In this document: one piece after another, positions 21,041-31,200 of the stretch
Numbering within the stretch: the first letter of the stretch is position 1
Layout: each line of letters starts with the position of its first letter
Virus record (IMG/VR): IMGVR_UViG_3300027374_000478
Location: 1 to 64,000 of that record
Length of the DNA: 64,000 bases
Direction: 5' to 3' (one strand)
DNA from: a virus
Lineage: Duplodnaviria > Caudoviricetes
Position numbers and translations under genes: made by a program
Notes under the pieces: model-generated
Databases searched by the model: none
Told to the model about the DNA's origin: nothing
What the model saw: only the letters and a program-made list of their open reading frames with translations

Positions 21041-21704
21041 AATAGCTTCCTCCTTAGTACAAATACTATTGAGTATTATACAATAGAGTTCACTATATTT
21101 CTATAAAATCAAAATAAATAAATGCAATCGGATTAATTAAATACCCCTGTCAAGACCAAACAGCATTAAGGACACACTTCTTAAAAAGCGATCCGAAGAT
21201 TATATTGGTTAACGACTCTTAACATAGCCGTCCTATCATCGCACGAGATAGAAGACCGTTCCAACATTAAGGATTGCGAATCCTAGTGGATTACCACCAT
21301 TTTGTTATTTTACCTTGGACTATACATTATAAGCAAATACAATAAGGTCTGTATTTACTCAGAGGATCGGTAGTCTCTGAACATCCCCCTATATCATAAT
21401 GATATATTGGTGTGCTGCTGATTAGTTAATCGGTTGCAATAACAACATACAACCTTTGCCCTTATTCTAGGTACTTAGGAGCATCGTCCCGATGCCTTTT
21501 ATTTCACCTTATACCATCTCATTAATTTTTTCTGCTTTCGCTGCATATCACGCTTACCATTTTCAGATTACGTTGTAGCTTAATGAGCATTAGGCTTCCC
21601 AGTCAAGTTACTCCTCCAGTTTTAGAACATGACACCACACAATTGTACATGATACCATATTTGTCATTTCCTTTTGTGTAGATTAGACCAGTTTAATAAA
21701 ACAA

Positions 21705-23609
21705 ATCTAGGTTCCTGAATAATTTAATACCGCCAATAGTGGCGAATAGTGTAGGTAATGCGCCTCCGACATCTATAATTTTTGTTAATACATTTAAAAA
21801 TTCTGATCCTGTATCAATCGCACCTTTTAAGAAGTCAGAATTAAATGCAACATTTGAAAATTCTTGGAACTGACTGCGGAACTGCTGGATTTTTGCTTCC
21901 ATACTTTGCATCCATCGGTCTTGTTCCTTTTGAGCTGAACCTTCAGCATTTAAAGTCGCTTCATAAGCTTTTTGTATTTGTCCGGATTTAAAAGCCTGTA
22001 AAATAGCGGCACCTTGATTACCTCTGTTTTTACCGAACATGGTTTCAAGCAAATCAGCTTGTTCTGTTTGTTCCAAATTGTCATATACTTTTGAAACGTC
22101 TTCTAATATATCATAGTAATCTCTAAACTTAGTTGAATCAGCAGAATCCATTATGTTGACTTGACCCTTTGTGAGATTTAAAATGTGCGTTTGAATTTTG
22201 CTGACAGATTCTAAGCCGTCCGATTCTTCGCCTAGAGCTTCCAGATCGCCCTTCATACCTTGAATGCGCATCTGTCCAATTTTTAAAGCATTACCAAGTT
22301 CTCCAGCAGATTGTGTGATTTCTGATCCGCCCGTTAATAAAGCTAACGCCTTGTTTAAATCAGTTCCACCTAAAGATAGCATGGATGCAGCATGTGACAT
22401 TCCTTCGCCCAAATCTTTAGCTGATGTCGCAAATTCATTTCCAAGTTTATTATATTTATCTACAATAGACAAAGCATTATCATAACTAATGTCATAAGCT
22501 TTCATGACAGTTACTAAGTCACTTACAGCGGTTTTGTCATCGACTTCGCCAACATTAGAATAAATAGAGCTTATTTTGGAAAGTCTTGCACTTTGCTCCA
22601 TAGTGTAGCCAAGTTTTGCCCATTCGCTAGTTTGCGTTATATATGATGACATGTCTCGTCCGATTGACTTAGAGATATTTCCGGCATTATTCAGAAAATC
22701 ATTATATTTAGATGTGGTTTCATCTGTAACCTTATACAAATTGGTCATAGCAGTATCAACACTTAACACTTCATTTGCCATTTGTTTCAATACATAGGGT
22801 ATTCTCTGGATAGCCCCATAAGTAAGTGCAAATTGCCCAATCTGTTTAAATCCACGATTCATTTCTGCAAAAAAACTTTTCCCATTCAATCCCTGGGAAG
22901 AAATAGTAGATTTTAAGTTTTTGAATTCATTGTCAAGTTTAGCTTTATCGGCAACAGTTGTAGCTTGTCTATATCGATTTTCTAAATCTTTTAATTCTAT
23001 TCCGTATTTTTTAACAGCTTTAGAATTATCTTCATAATATTTCTTTACTGCATTTGCCGAACGTTCTGCCACTCCGATATCAAGTGTTTTTGACCCTGTG
23101 TTACGGATTTGTGTCATTATATTATCAAATCTTTCTGCGGCCAGCGTCATATCATTAAAAGAATTTACAAACTCTTTATTATCAAGTTTAAATGAATTGT
23201 TAGAATCAAAATGTGCTTTTATCTTACTGAGTGTAGAATTGTATGCTTCAGCTTCTTTTCTGGCGGCTTTTACTAAATCAGAATCCTGTCCACTATATCC
23301 AGAAAGCTTATTTTTCATGACAGATGATTTTGCGTCATAAGCCCCATTTAAAATTTTATGTTGAGCATTAGAAATTATTTTTGAATACATTTCGGCTTGT
23401 TTTGTTGAAGACCTTATAGAATTATTGGCGGCGTTTTGTATTTGTCTTCCTATATTATCAACATTAAGATTCCTAAAACCTTTGTCATCAAATTTTATCT
23501 TAATTGTTTTATTATTAAGACTATTGATTTTATTTTCTATTTGTGTTAATTTTTCAAAACCTAGTAGTTTGGCGTGTATGTTAACATTATAATCTGCCAA
23601 AACATTCAC
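21705..23609 (-). CDS. Tape measure protein, exon 1 (TP901-type core)
   Basis: VDTAMTNLYKVTD...EWAKLGY...LGNEFAT...GNALK; ends FRNLD at the 5' splice site; start may be TTG 23600. Confidence 0.92.
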
Positions 23610-23665
23610 CTCGCTTTTTCAATAAAAAAAAGAGAGGGTATTCCCTCTCTATATAATTTCAATAT

Positions 23666-24055
23666 TTAACCAAATTGTGAACGAAAATTCTCTTTTGCCA
23701 TATTTACAATTTTCTTTAGAGCTTTTTCATCGTATTCTGGATTTCCTAAAACTCCGTATGTTCCAGTTGCAGTGGCTTCAAATACTTCTTGTCCACTAAA
23801 TGTTCCATCTCCTGGAGGATACGAGATTTGTGTACCATCATAGCCGGCAGTAATATGAGCAGAATCGCCTCCGATGCTCAACTCAATTTTGGAAGCTCCC
23901 TTAAGGGTTCCCGTTCGTTGTCTTTTGGGATTTCCTATAGAATAATATTGGTCATATGATTCTGCTAAAATTTCATTAGAATCTCGACCTGTGTTATTCA
24001 TAGCGTTTGCTAATTTTCTTTGACAATCTTTATGTATCTGGCTTAATTTCGTAAT
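23666..24055 (-). CDS. Putative tail completion/neck protein
   Basis: YY...RTGTL motif; frame extends to ATT at 24055 behind GGAGG. Confidence 0.5.
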   Translation of the reverse strand: MTKLSQIHKDCQRKLANAMNNTGRDSNEILAESYDQYYSIGNPKRQRTGTLKGASKIELSIGGDSAHITAGYDGTQISYPPGDGTFSGQEVFEATATGTYGVLGNPEYDEKALKKIVNMAKENFRSQFG

Positions 24056-24146
24056 ATTGACCTCCTATTACATTAATACATCTTACATTAAAAACTACAT
24101 TTCAAAGTCAAAAAGGACTTATCTTTTTCGACAAGTCCTTTTGATT

Positions 24147-24332
24147 TTATGAAACCGTTGATTTTTTCATAGGTATCAACATCCATTTTGAATATTCTGG
24201 TGCGTGCTTTTGGATATGTTCTTGTACATATTCATGAACTTTTTCTAAATTTTCAATATTTACATCTTCAAGTACACTATATCCGATAGGATTATCGTCA
24301 ACACAAACCAGTTTGAAAAAATAATTATCCAC
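24147..24332 (-). CDS. Hypothetical protein
   Basis: AAGGAGG RBS plus GTG. Confidence 0.55.
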   Translation of the reverse strand: MDNYFFKLVCVDDNPIGYSVLEDVNIENLEKVHEYVQEHIQKHAPEYSKWMLIPMKKSTVS

Positions 24333-24453
24333 TCACAACACCTCCTTGCCCGTTTCTGAAAGAATACTATCATATGATGATGTTATATTCTACAGGTAAG
24401 TAGTGGAATCACAAGAAGAAAGTGGTATTATTTCCATTTTTCTATAGTATTTT

Positions 24454-25125
24454 TTATTTGCTCTTTAATTTGTTTTCCAGTTCAATAATTTTATTATCTT
24501 TTTCTTTGAGCTGATGAGTTACATCTAACAATTCTTTGTTTCTTTTATAAATATCGCTCTCTGAATATTTTTTGATTACAGAATCAGCTAAAGAATCAGG
24601 ATTAAAATTCTCAGCAAAATTACGCTGCATTTCTGGTGTTATTAGAGCATTTAATTCTCGTTGTTCATCAATCCATATATTAAAATTATTTAAAGTTTCA
24701 GTTTCAAGTTCTGTCTTTTCTGTCTCCTTTTCAACAAGCTCTAATATTTTACAAGAAACCACAGAGTCAACTTCATTTTGAATGTGCGCGATAATTTCTG
24801 CCTTTTTAAATTCAACAATATCATGTACTGTATTCATGATACTTTTAAATTTATTAGTTGAAATTACATTATTAACCAATGTCTTTGTTTCATGGTCATT
24901 TATTACAGCGCTATATATACTTTCATCTTTATTAAAAGAAACGCCTTCAATAAGATATTTAGAAATGGCAATAACTTTTCCTACCTCGGAAAAATAAGGG
25001 GTGTATTCGATTTCTCCGTCATCGTTTGTTTGAAAATACGAATTTACAATTGTATTTATAACATTAACTCTTTCATCAATTGTGATTGTTGAAATATTTT
25101 TTACAGTAATATTTGATTTGGTCAT
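24454..25125 (-). CDS. Putative tail assembly chaperone-like protein
   Basis: 223 aa, AAGGAG RBS, upstream of TMP; function from position only. Confidence 0.45.
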   Translation of the reverse strand: MTKSNITVKNISTITIDERVNVINTIVNSYFQTNDDGEIEYTPYFSEVGKVIAISKYLIEGVSFNKDESIYSAVINDHETKTLVNNVISTNKFKSIMNTVHDIVEFKKAEIIAHIQNEVDSVVSCKILELVEKETEKTELETETLNNFNIWIDEQRELNALITPEMQRNFAENFNPDSLADSVIKKYSESDIYKRNKELLDVTHQLKEKDNKIIELENKLKSK

Positions 25126-25191
25126 TTTATTTCTCCTTTAAATAAATATTAAATAAGGTCTGTATGGTACAGACCTTATAATGAATTTAGT

Positions 25192-25443
25192 TTATTTAAT
25201 TAGTAGCTTTTTGATTTCATCAAGTGTTTTTCCTGATTCGGCTATTAGTGCAGAAATTTCTCGTATTTCGTTTTCCTTCTTCTGGTCTTCAATCATTTGA
25301 TCATATACAACCTTATCTTTCTTTAGTTTCTTTAAATTTACTCGTTCTTCCTTAAGATCTGCCATAAGCGTTGCAATATGCTCTTCGGATGCTTTGATTA
25401 ATTCGTCATAATTTTTTTCTTCTACTTTTTTCTTTCTTGCCAT
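25192..25443 (-). CDS. Hypothetical coiled-coil protein
   Basis: AAGGAGG RBS, 83 aa. Confidence 0.6.
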   Translation of the reverse strand: MARKKKVEEKNYDELIKASEEHIATLMADLKEERVNLKKLKKDKVVYDQMIEDQKKENEIREISALIAESGKTLDEIKKLLIK

Positions 25444-25590
25444 ATTAATGACCTCCTTATTACACTGTGAAAAATTAATTTAAAATAATATTATAAAGAT
25501 ATCATTAATTGATAGAATAGTAAAGGATAAAAATATAACTTCAAGATAAATTTTCGATAAATTTTGATAATTTATGATAAATATCACATG

Positions 25591-26061
25591 CTAAAATTGT
25601 CTCAATACAGCCGCTCCAATACCAATTGCTTCGACTTCATCTTCTGAACGTTCCAGATTTAGATTTTCCTTAACCCATTCAAAACATTGATGTTTTAAAT
25701 CTTGGCGTTTAATACCAGCCCCTTGTTTAAATCCTAATAGTTTTCGCCACCGACTTGGAGCAATTATTTGTATATCAATGTCTTTGGCTTTACAATAACC
25801 CATAATGACACCTTGTAACTGAGACAATTCTTTTAATGTCTTAGCATTCCTCTGAAGTGCTGTATCCTCTATATAAACAACAATAGGATTATACTTATTT
25901 AAAAGCGATGTAATGCTTCTTGACATATTATCAAATCTGATCTCCAAATCTTTAACTTTTGAAAAATCAATTATACCGCTTGTCATATATTTACCATTTT
26001 TCCATATGCACCAGCCTGTTAATTTAGTACTTTGATCTAAGCTGCAAAATATAGTATCTAT
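25591..26061 (-). CDS. ruvC: RuvC-like Holliday junction resolvase
   Basis: Frame extends upstream of 25986 to include catalytic LDQSTKLTGW; also VYIED, PSRWRK, EDEVEAIGIG; likely ATA start at 26061. Confidence 0.8.
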   Translation of the reverse strand: MDTIFCSLDQSTKLTGWCIWKNGKYMTSGIIDFSKVKDLEIRFDNMSRSITSLLNKYNPIVVYIEDTALQRNAKTLKELSQLQGVIMGYCKAKDIDIQIIAPSRWRKLLGFKQGAGIKRQDLKHQCFEWVKENLNLERSEDEVEAIGIGAAVLRQF

Positions 26062-26204
26062 ATAATCATTCCTTTCTAGGGCAGTGAGAGGCTAGTTCAG
26101 CCTTTCACCCCTCATATTTAAAATGCCCTTACTTATTGGCTGAACTTAAAATAAGTAAAAGCATTTTATAAAAGAGTAATCTCAAATGAAATTACTCTTT
26201 TATG

Positions 26205-27374
26205 TTAAAATCCATTCTTTAATTTTTCTTTGTACGAATCGTTGATGAGTTCCATAGAAATTTCCACTTCGCCATTTTCTAATTTATTATCACGTAAAAT
26301 CGTTTCATAGTCTTCGTAAAACATCCATTTTAATTTTGTGCCATCTTTTAATTTGCCAGAACTTTTAGTTTTTCCCTTACAACAATATAAAATGTCAGAA
26401 GAACTTGAAATATTATAAAAGTTAGCTGCTTTCTTTAAAGAATCAAAAATTTTATTAGTTGTCAAACAGATTACTTTTCTTTTATGGGAATTTTTGCATT
26501 TATACAAATATGCTTCAACATCCTCACTTGACATTTTAATATAATCATCATACCATAAAAAATGTTTTCCCTTTACGGATTTAAGAAGAAATTCACTCTT
26601 ACCATTTTTGGCAGTATATTCTAATTGTGAGCATATATTATATATACTGCTTTGACTAACATTATGTTGTAACGCTGCATCATATGAACTATTATATATT
26701 TGCTTGTTTTCTATGCAATACACCAATCTTGTTGTTGGTAAATCTCCATGATATTTTTCTAAATGTTTAACTGATAATCCCAACCATTTTTCAAATTCCT
26801 CTTTTGTATTATTGCCTCTGCCATATATACTATGAAAATTATAATGGCAATTATGACATAATGTTACAGCATTAGTTTCATCTGTTCTTCCTTTTTTGTA
26901 CCAGTTATATCCATTTAAATGATGAACTTCTAAATTTTCATGTGTTTTGCCACAACATAAACACGTAAATTTGTCTCTATTTAATACTTTTTTTATAAAA
27001 TCAGTATATTCTCTGTAATTTCTTGAAATTTCTCTCTCTTCATCAGTTTTGTTTTTATTCCAACAATAATTTTTTTCTCCACCACAAAATACTTTTTTAC
27101 TACAAGCATTGCAATAACATAAACCATTATAATTATAATTAGTATAACGATGATAAGGGGCTTCAAATCGTTTTTTACAAAAATCACACTCTAACGTAAC
27201 TTTTGCGGTGCTATTTGGTGATAAATCCTTAACATTAACAATAATTTTAGTGCCTTTTTTAACAGTGTTTCCCCATTTGTGTTTAACTGTTGGAATATAA
27301 TACCCTTTTTCTCGATAGTATTTTATATTAGTGCCATGAGCAACGATTTCTGCCGTATTACTTATCAATCCCAT
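26205..27374 (-). CDS. Free-standing HNH endonuclease with NUMOD1-like repeats
   Basis: RDKFTCLCCG...LEVHHL...NAVTLCHNCH..FH; two VxC...IxxS..AA repeats. Confidence 0.85.
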   Translation of the reverse strand: MGLISNTAEIVAHGTNIKYYREKGYYIPTVKHKWGNTVKKGTKIIVNVKDLSPNSTAKVTLECDFCKKRFEAPYHRYTNYNYNGLCYCNACSKKVFCGGEKNYCWNKNKTDEEREISRNYREYTDFIKKVLNRDKFTCLCCGKTHENLEVHHLNGYNWYKKGRTDETNAVTLCHNCHYNFHSIYGRGNNTKEEFEKWLGLSVKHLEKYHGDLPTTRLVYCIENKQIYNSSYDAALQHNVSQSSIYNICSQLEYTAKNGKSEFLLKSVKGKHFLWYDDYIKMSSEDVEAYLYKCKNSHKRKVICLTTNKIFDSLKKAANFYNISSSSDILYCCKGKTKSSGKLKDGTKLKWMFYEDYETILRDNKLENGEVEISMELINDSYKEKLKNGF

Positions 27375-27602
27375 AAAGTACCTCCAATATTTCTACATAA
27401 TATATTTCTCCATTAGAAAAGGTGATCTACTTATTTGCAGACCACCTATCTAATAAGTTATTTAATTTTTTATCTTTTACATAAACCCAAAACAATTTCT
27501 GTGAATTTGGATTTAATGCTGCTAATTTATATCTCAATCCATTTTCATAAAGAAAGTTACGAAGTGGGAGAGAATAACAACAATATAATTCAACATCCAT
27601 AT

Positions 27603-28118
27603 TTATTGTACAACTCCATGTTTTAAATTTTCTCGATACATTTCATTTATATATCCAATACTCTCTGTTACCAACCCATTTTCCATATGTTTCTTGTTAA
27701 GAATATCTTCATATTTTTGATACATTCTTAAGATATGATCAAATGACTCTCTATTATATGTTTTTCCGCTTGATAAATCAGTAGCAAAATTTATAATTTC
27801 CCATCTCATATCATCAATTTCTTTTTGTACAAACATATCCGTAAGGTTTTTGATATCTTTACGAATTTCAGCATTGTTTTTAACAGATTTTATTATATCT
27901 TCTTCATGTTTTTTTTGTAACTCAATTAGCCCTTTGGATGTTTGTATCAATAAATTATGCTCTTCTCGTTTTTGACGCATCCATTTTGTTTCTATTCCCA
28001 ATTTGTCAAACAACCATTCAAATAACGAGACAATAGCTTTTATTCCAATAAGGACAGAAAAAGATGCAATAAAAAGAGAAGAGTAGTCAATAGCAGTTAA
28101 TGCGTTTATTGATTCCAT
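27603..28118 (-). CDS. Holin-like / membrane protein
   Basis: N-terminal TM helix plus coiled coil; lysis-module position. Confidence 0.5.
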   Translation of the reverse strand: MESINALTAIDYSSLFIASFSVLIGIKAIVSLFEWLFDKLGIETKWMRQKREEHNLLIQTSKGLIELQKKHEEDIIKSVKNNAEIRKDIKNLTDMFVQKEIDDMRWEIINFATDLSSGKTYNRESFDHILRMYQKYEDILNKKHMENGLVTESIGYINEMYRENLKHGVVQ

Positions 28119-28125
28119 TTTTGCA

Positions 28126-28536
28126 TCATTCCTCGTATTCTAAAGTTATATTCATATTCTTCATATCATACAAAGCTGTGCCGATTAAGCTGTCAAGATA
28201 TTCATCAAAATCTTCGTTAGCAATCTTTAGGGCCTGGTAAGCAGAAGTTGTTAGTGCAGCAATTGCTTTAGTCTTGGCAAGCTCTCTAACTTCATTTTGT
28301 TTATCCTCTGTCCAAAGATCGGGCTTTCCTTTAATATCCTTAACTACCGTTTCATATACATCCTTAACTGCATCTAAAACATTTCGATAAAGAATGTTAG
28401 TATACTTATCAATTCGTTTCGCTTTTGCATACGCATTAATTTCAGTTCCAATATATGTAACTACTGGCAGTAATACAACTGTCCATATTGTATAAATCAC
28501 CTGATTCCAATCAATCCCTTTTAATACTTCACTCAT
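28126..28536 (-). CDS. Holin-like protein
   Basis: One TM helix then AV..VY.T.V...K motif typical of Firmicute phage holins. Confidence 0.6.
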   Translation of the reverse strand: MSEVLKGIDWNQVIYTIWTVVLLPVVTYIGTEINAYAKAKRIDKYTNILYRNVLDAVKDVYETVVKDIKGKPDLWTEDKQNEVRELAKTKAIAALTTSAYQALKIANEDFDEYLDSLIGTALYDMKNMNITLEYEE

Positions 28537-28558
28537 ATGTTAAATCCTCCTAAAAGAT

Positions 28559-29674
28559 TTATAATTCATTTTTTATCTCTCTGAGAGTTTGTACACCTTT
28601 TTTTAAATTTTCGCAGACATAAACTAATTCCTGCTCAGTTTCTTTGCCACTAAAAGTAAGCCTTATACAGCTATGAATATCTTTCACATCCATACCAATA
28701 GCAACTAGAGTTGGGCTGGGGGTTAATTCCCCACTAGAACATGCACTACCAACTGATACACATATTCCATACATATCTAGCATAACCATAAGAGACTCGC
28801 CTTCAATGCCTTTGAAGCATATATACAGATTGTGTGGCAGTCGATTTCCTGATTCGATAGTTGCTCCGATTAAATAGCTGTCTGGGATGTTTTCTATAAT
28901 ATAGTTGTGCACATAATCTCTATTGGCAGAAGAAATAGAAGAATAATCATAGTCTTCAATTGCCTTGCCTAACGAAGCAATCCCTAATACGTTTTCAGTA
29001 CCACCTACTAATCCTTTTTCCTGAGTTCCATATGTTAATGGCTCAAGTTCTATTTCTTTCTTTTTATATAAAACCCCACATCCTTTTAAGCCACCAAGTT
29101 TGTGAGCGGAAAAACCACATATATCTACATCTAAAGATTTAACATCTAAAGATAAGGTGGGAACACTTCCAGTACAATCAAGGTAGACAATTCCCTTATA
29201 AAAATGTACAATATCAATTATATTTTTAACCTCTTGGATTGTTCCGATTTCAGAATTAGCATAATCAATTATCACAAAAGGTTTACGCCCCATAATTGCC
29301 CGTTCCATGTCATCTAAATTAATATAACCAAATTCATCTACATTTAGTGGGGAAGCATTGATATTTTCCATGATATTTAATATTGATTTATGTGCGATTG
29401 GAGAATAAAAAACCTTATAATTATTTTTGTCAATAAATCCTTTAATACCTAATGTATTACTAGCAGAACCGCTACATGTAAAATAAATATTATCAACTTC
29501 AGCATTGATAAAATTTGCAATGTTTCTACGTGATTCTAAAATAATTCTTTTTACCCCTGATCCCATTGAATGCATAGAACTTGGATTTCCATATACATCA
29601 AGTAAAGAAATCAAATATTTTTTCATTGAATTAGATAACGGGGTTGTACTCGCATGATCTAAGTAAATACTCAT
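28559..29674 (-). CDS. iscS: Cysteine desulfurase (IscS/NifS family)
   Basis: YLDHASTTP, NSEIGTIQ, SAHKLGG (PLP lysine), SVGSACSSG (catalytic Cys). Confidence 0.92.
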   Translation of the reverse strand: MSIYLDHASTTPLSNSMKKYLISLLDVYGNPSSMHSMGSGVKRIILESRRNIANFINAEVDNIYFTCSGSASNTLGIKGFIDKNNYKVFYSPIAHKSILNIMENINASPLNVDEFGYINLDDMERAIMGRKPFVIIDYANSEIGTIQEVKNIIDIVHFYKGIVYLDCTGSVPTLSLDVKSLDVDICGFSAHKLGGLKGCGVLYKKKEIELEPLTYGTQEKGLVGGTENVLGIASLGKAIEDYDYSSISSANRDYVHNYIIENIPDSYLIGATIESGNRLPHNLYICFKGIEGESLMVMLDMYGICVSVGSACSSGELTPSPTLVAIGMDVKDIHSCIRLTFSGKETEQELVYVCENLKKGVQTLREIKNEL

Positions 29675-29675
29675 A

Positions 29676-29882
29676 TTACTCCTCGTGATTATTCCATTTC
29701 ATTTTATATTTTTCGTGATCTGATTTTGAAAATACAAACACAAAAACTTTGTCACTGGTAGGAAATACATCTAATAATTTTGCTCCCCATAAGACATAAC
29801 TTGCGCTTTGTTTTGCGTTTTTAAAATAAACAGAGTTTTCAGGTTCATATCTTTCACCCGTAACATCACTTACTGTAATCAA
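29676..29882 (-). CDS. Hypothetical phage protein
   Basis: AGGAGG RBS, 68 aa. Confidence 0.55.
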   Translation of the reverse strand: MITVSDVTGERYEPENSVYFKNAKQSASYVLWGAKLLDVFPTSDKVFVFVFSKSDHEKYKMKWNNHEE

Positions 29883-29981
29883 ATATATTATTGCCTCCTT
29901 TATATAGAATCGTAAAAAATAGGCATTCTACTAAACGCGAATAGTAGAATGCCTATTATATTCTTAAAATTACTATTCACA

Positions 29982-30296
29982 TTATTTTGTTGTATTATTT
30001 TTAACTAATGTTGTCTTTTTTGATGCCTCTGTTACAGACATAATTTCTTTGATTTTATCTTGCACTGATACTTTTAATTCTTCTGTGTTAAATTTAATAT
30101 TTTCAAGCTGTTTTTTAGCTTCGTCCTTTTTGAGATATCCATTATTATATTGACTTATGACTAAGAAAATTTTATAATGTTCCACACTATCTGTAATATT
30201 TCTCCAAGGTTTAATTACATCCTGATCCTTGCAAGATAAACAAGCTTTATATTTTTTACCACAAATTATACATGTGGCCATATCAGAATTATTCAT
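29982..30296 (-). CDS. Zn-finger phage protein
   Basis: CIICGKKYKACLSC...PWR. Confidence 0.6.
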   Translation of the reverse strand: MNNSDMATCIICGKKYKACLSCKDQDVIKPWRNITDSVEHYKIFLVISQYNNGYLKKDEAKKQLENIKFNTEELKVSVQDKIKEIMSVTEASKKTTLVKNNTTK

Positions 30297-30355
30297 ATGT
30301 TACCTCCATATAACAAGTGCCAGGATAATTTCCTGACACTGTTTTTATACTTGTA

Positions 30356-31144
30356 TTATTTTGCAATGTAAATATTAAAGAGTCTCTTTTCTAAATCACA
30401 ATAATCCTGCATCATCTGCATAGAGAATGGATGTCCGCTATCAGTATTGAAACCAAGTTCCATATCCGTTTTCAGTTTTGCATTTGGGAATACAAGATAA
30501 GCAACGTATGTAGCTGTCTTATCACATGTATCCTTACCAATAACCTCAAGCATGAACTTACCTGCTTTTGGGAACTCAGATGCGTTATTCTGAAGCATTA
30601 CAGCTTCTTCAGCATCATAATCGTAGAATACAGCAATATTACCTGTAACCCCAGTCGGTACAGTAATTGTCTTTGTAGCTGCATCAAGAGTAAATTCTGT
30701 AGCAGATACAGAAGTTCCAAGAGTATATTTGGTTCCAAGCGTACTGTCATTATTCAGTGCGTAAATATACTTAATTTCTGCACCGGTTGTTCCAGCCGGT
30801 ACTTGTGATAATACTATCTTTCCACCGTTAACTACTAACTGTTCATACATAGGAGTACGAATCTTTTCTGTAGAAGATGCAACTTTCTTTTCGTGACCAA
30901 ACTGAGCGGCAGATAATCCGAAATCCCATAACGCATTGGTTGCAGAAAACTCAGCATTTTTAGAACGGTCAAACTGCGTGATAACGTTTCCAATTGCATC
31001 AGTAGCATCAGCGGTTTCACTACTCATGTTAAGAGATGCATCTTTAATCTGTGTGATTGACCAGAGAGCTTCTCCAGTAGTGTCACTAAACATAGTCCCA
31101 CGTCTCACTCTATCGATCAAAAAATTATTTAGTGAAAAACTCAT
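30356..31144 (-). CDS. Major tail (tube) protein
   Basis: AGGAGG RBS before MSFSLNN at 31144; beta-rich, ~262 aa, position between neck genes and TMP. Confidence 0.7.
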   Translation of the reverse strand: MSFSLNNFLIDRVRRGTMFSDTTGEALWSITQIKDASLNMSSETADATDAIGNVITQFDRSKNAEFSATNALWDFGLSAAQFGHEKKVASSTEKIRTPMYEQLVVNGGKIVLSQVPAGTTGAEIKYIYALNNDSTLGTKYTLGTSVSATEFTLDAATKTITVPTGVTGNIAVFYDYDAEEAVMLQNNASEFPKAGKFMLEVIGKDTCDKTATYVAYLVFPNAKLKTDMELGFNTDSGHPFSMQMMQDYCDLEKRLFNIYIAK

Positions 31145-31200
31145 TTTTATTCCTCCTGTAAATAAAGTTTTTTGTTGTTTTTTTTGCATAAAAAATAGAC

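Larger units (their letters stand above)
14287..21704 (-). mobile_element. Giant group I intron 1 of the TMP gene (7418 nt), multi-gene cargo after P7, no homing endonuclease
   Basis: Core at 21317-21704: P1 UAGAU/GUCUA, P 21596-21606, Q 21415-21423, R 21371-21382, S 21317-21328. IGS UUAAACUG (21689-21696) pairs with exon-2 start CAGUUUAA; terminal G 14287; in-frame join NLD|QFK. Confidence 0.8.

Noticed and set aside
7065-23609. TMP as a degraded pseudogene or three independent genes
   Set aside because: Both gaps begin with P1 helices, contain group I cores and can be removed exactly in frame with P10 support
26062-27600. HNH gene as part of a fourth intron
   Set aside because: Flanking genes are intact and unrelated; no R/S elements found around it
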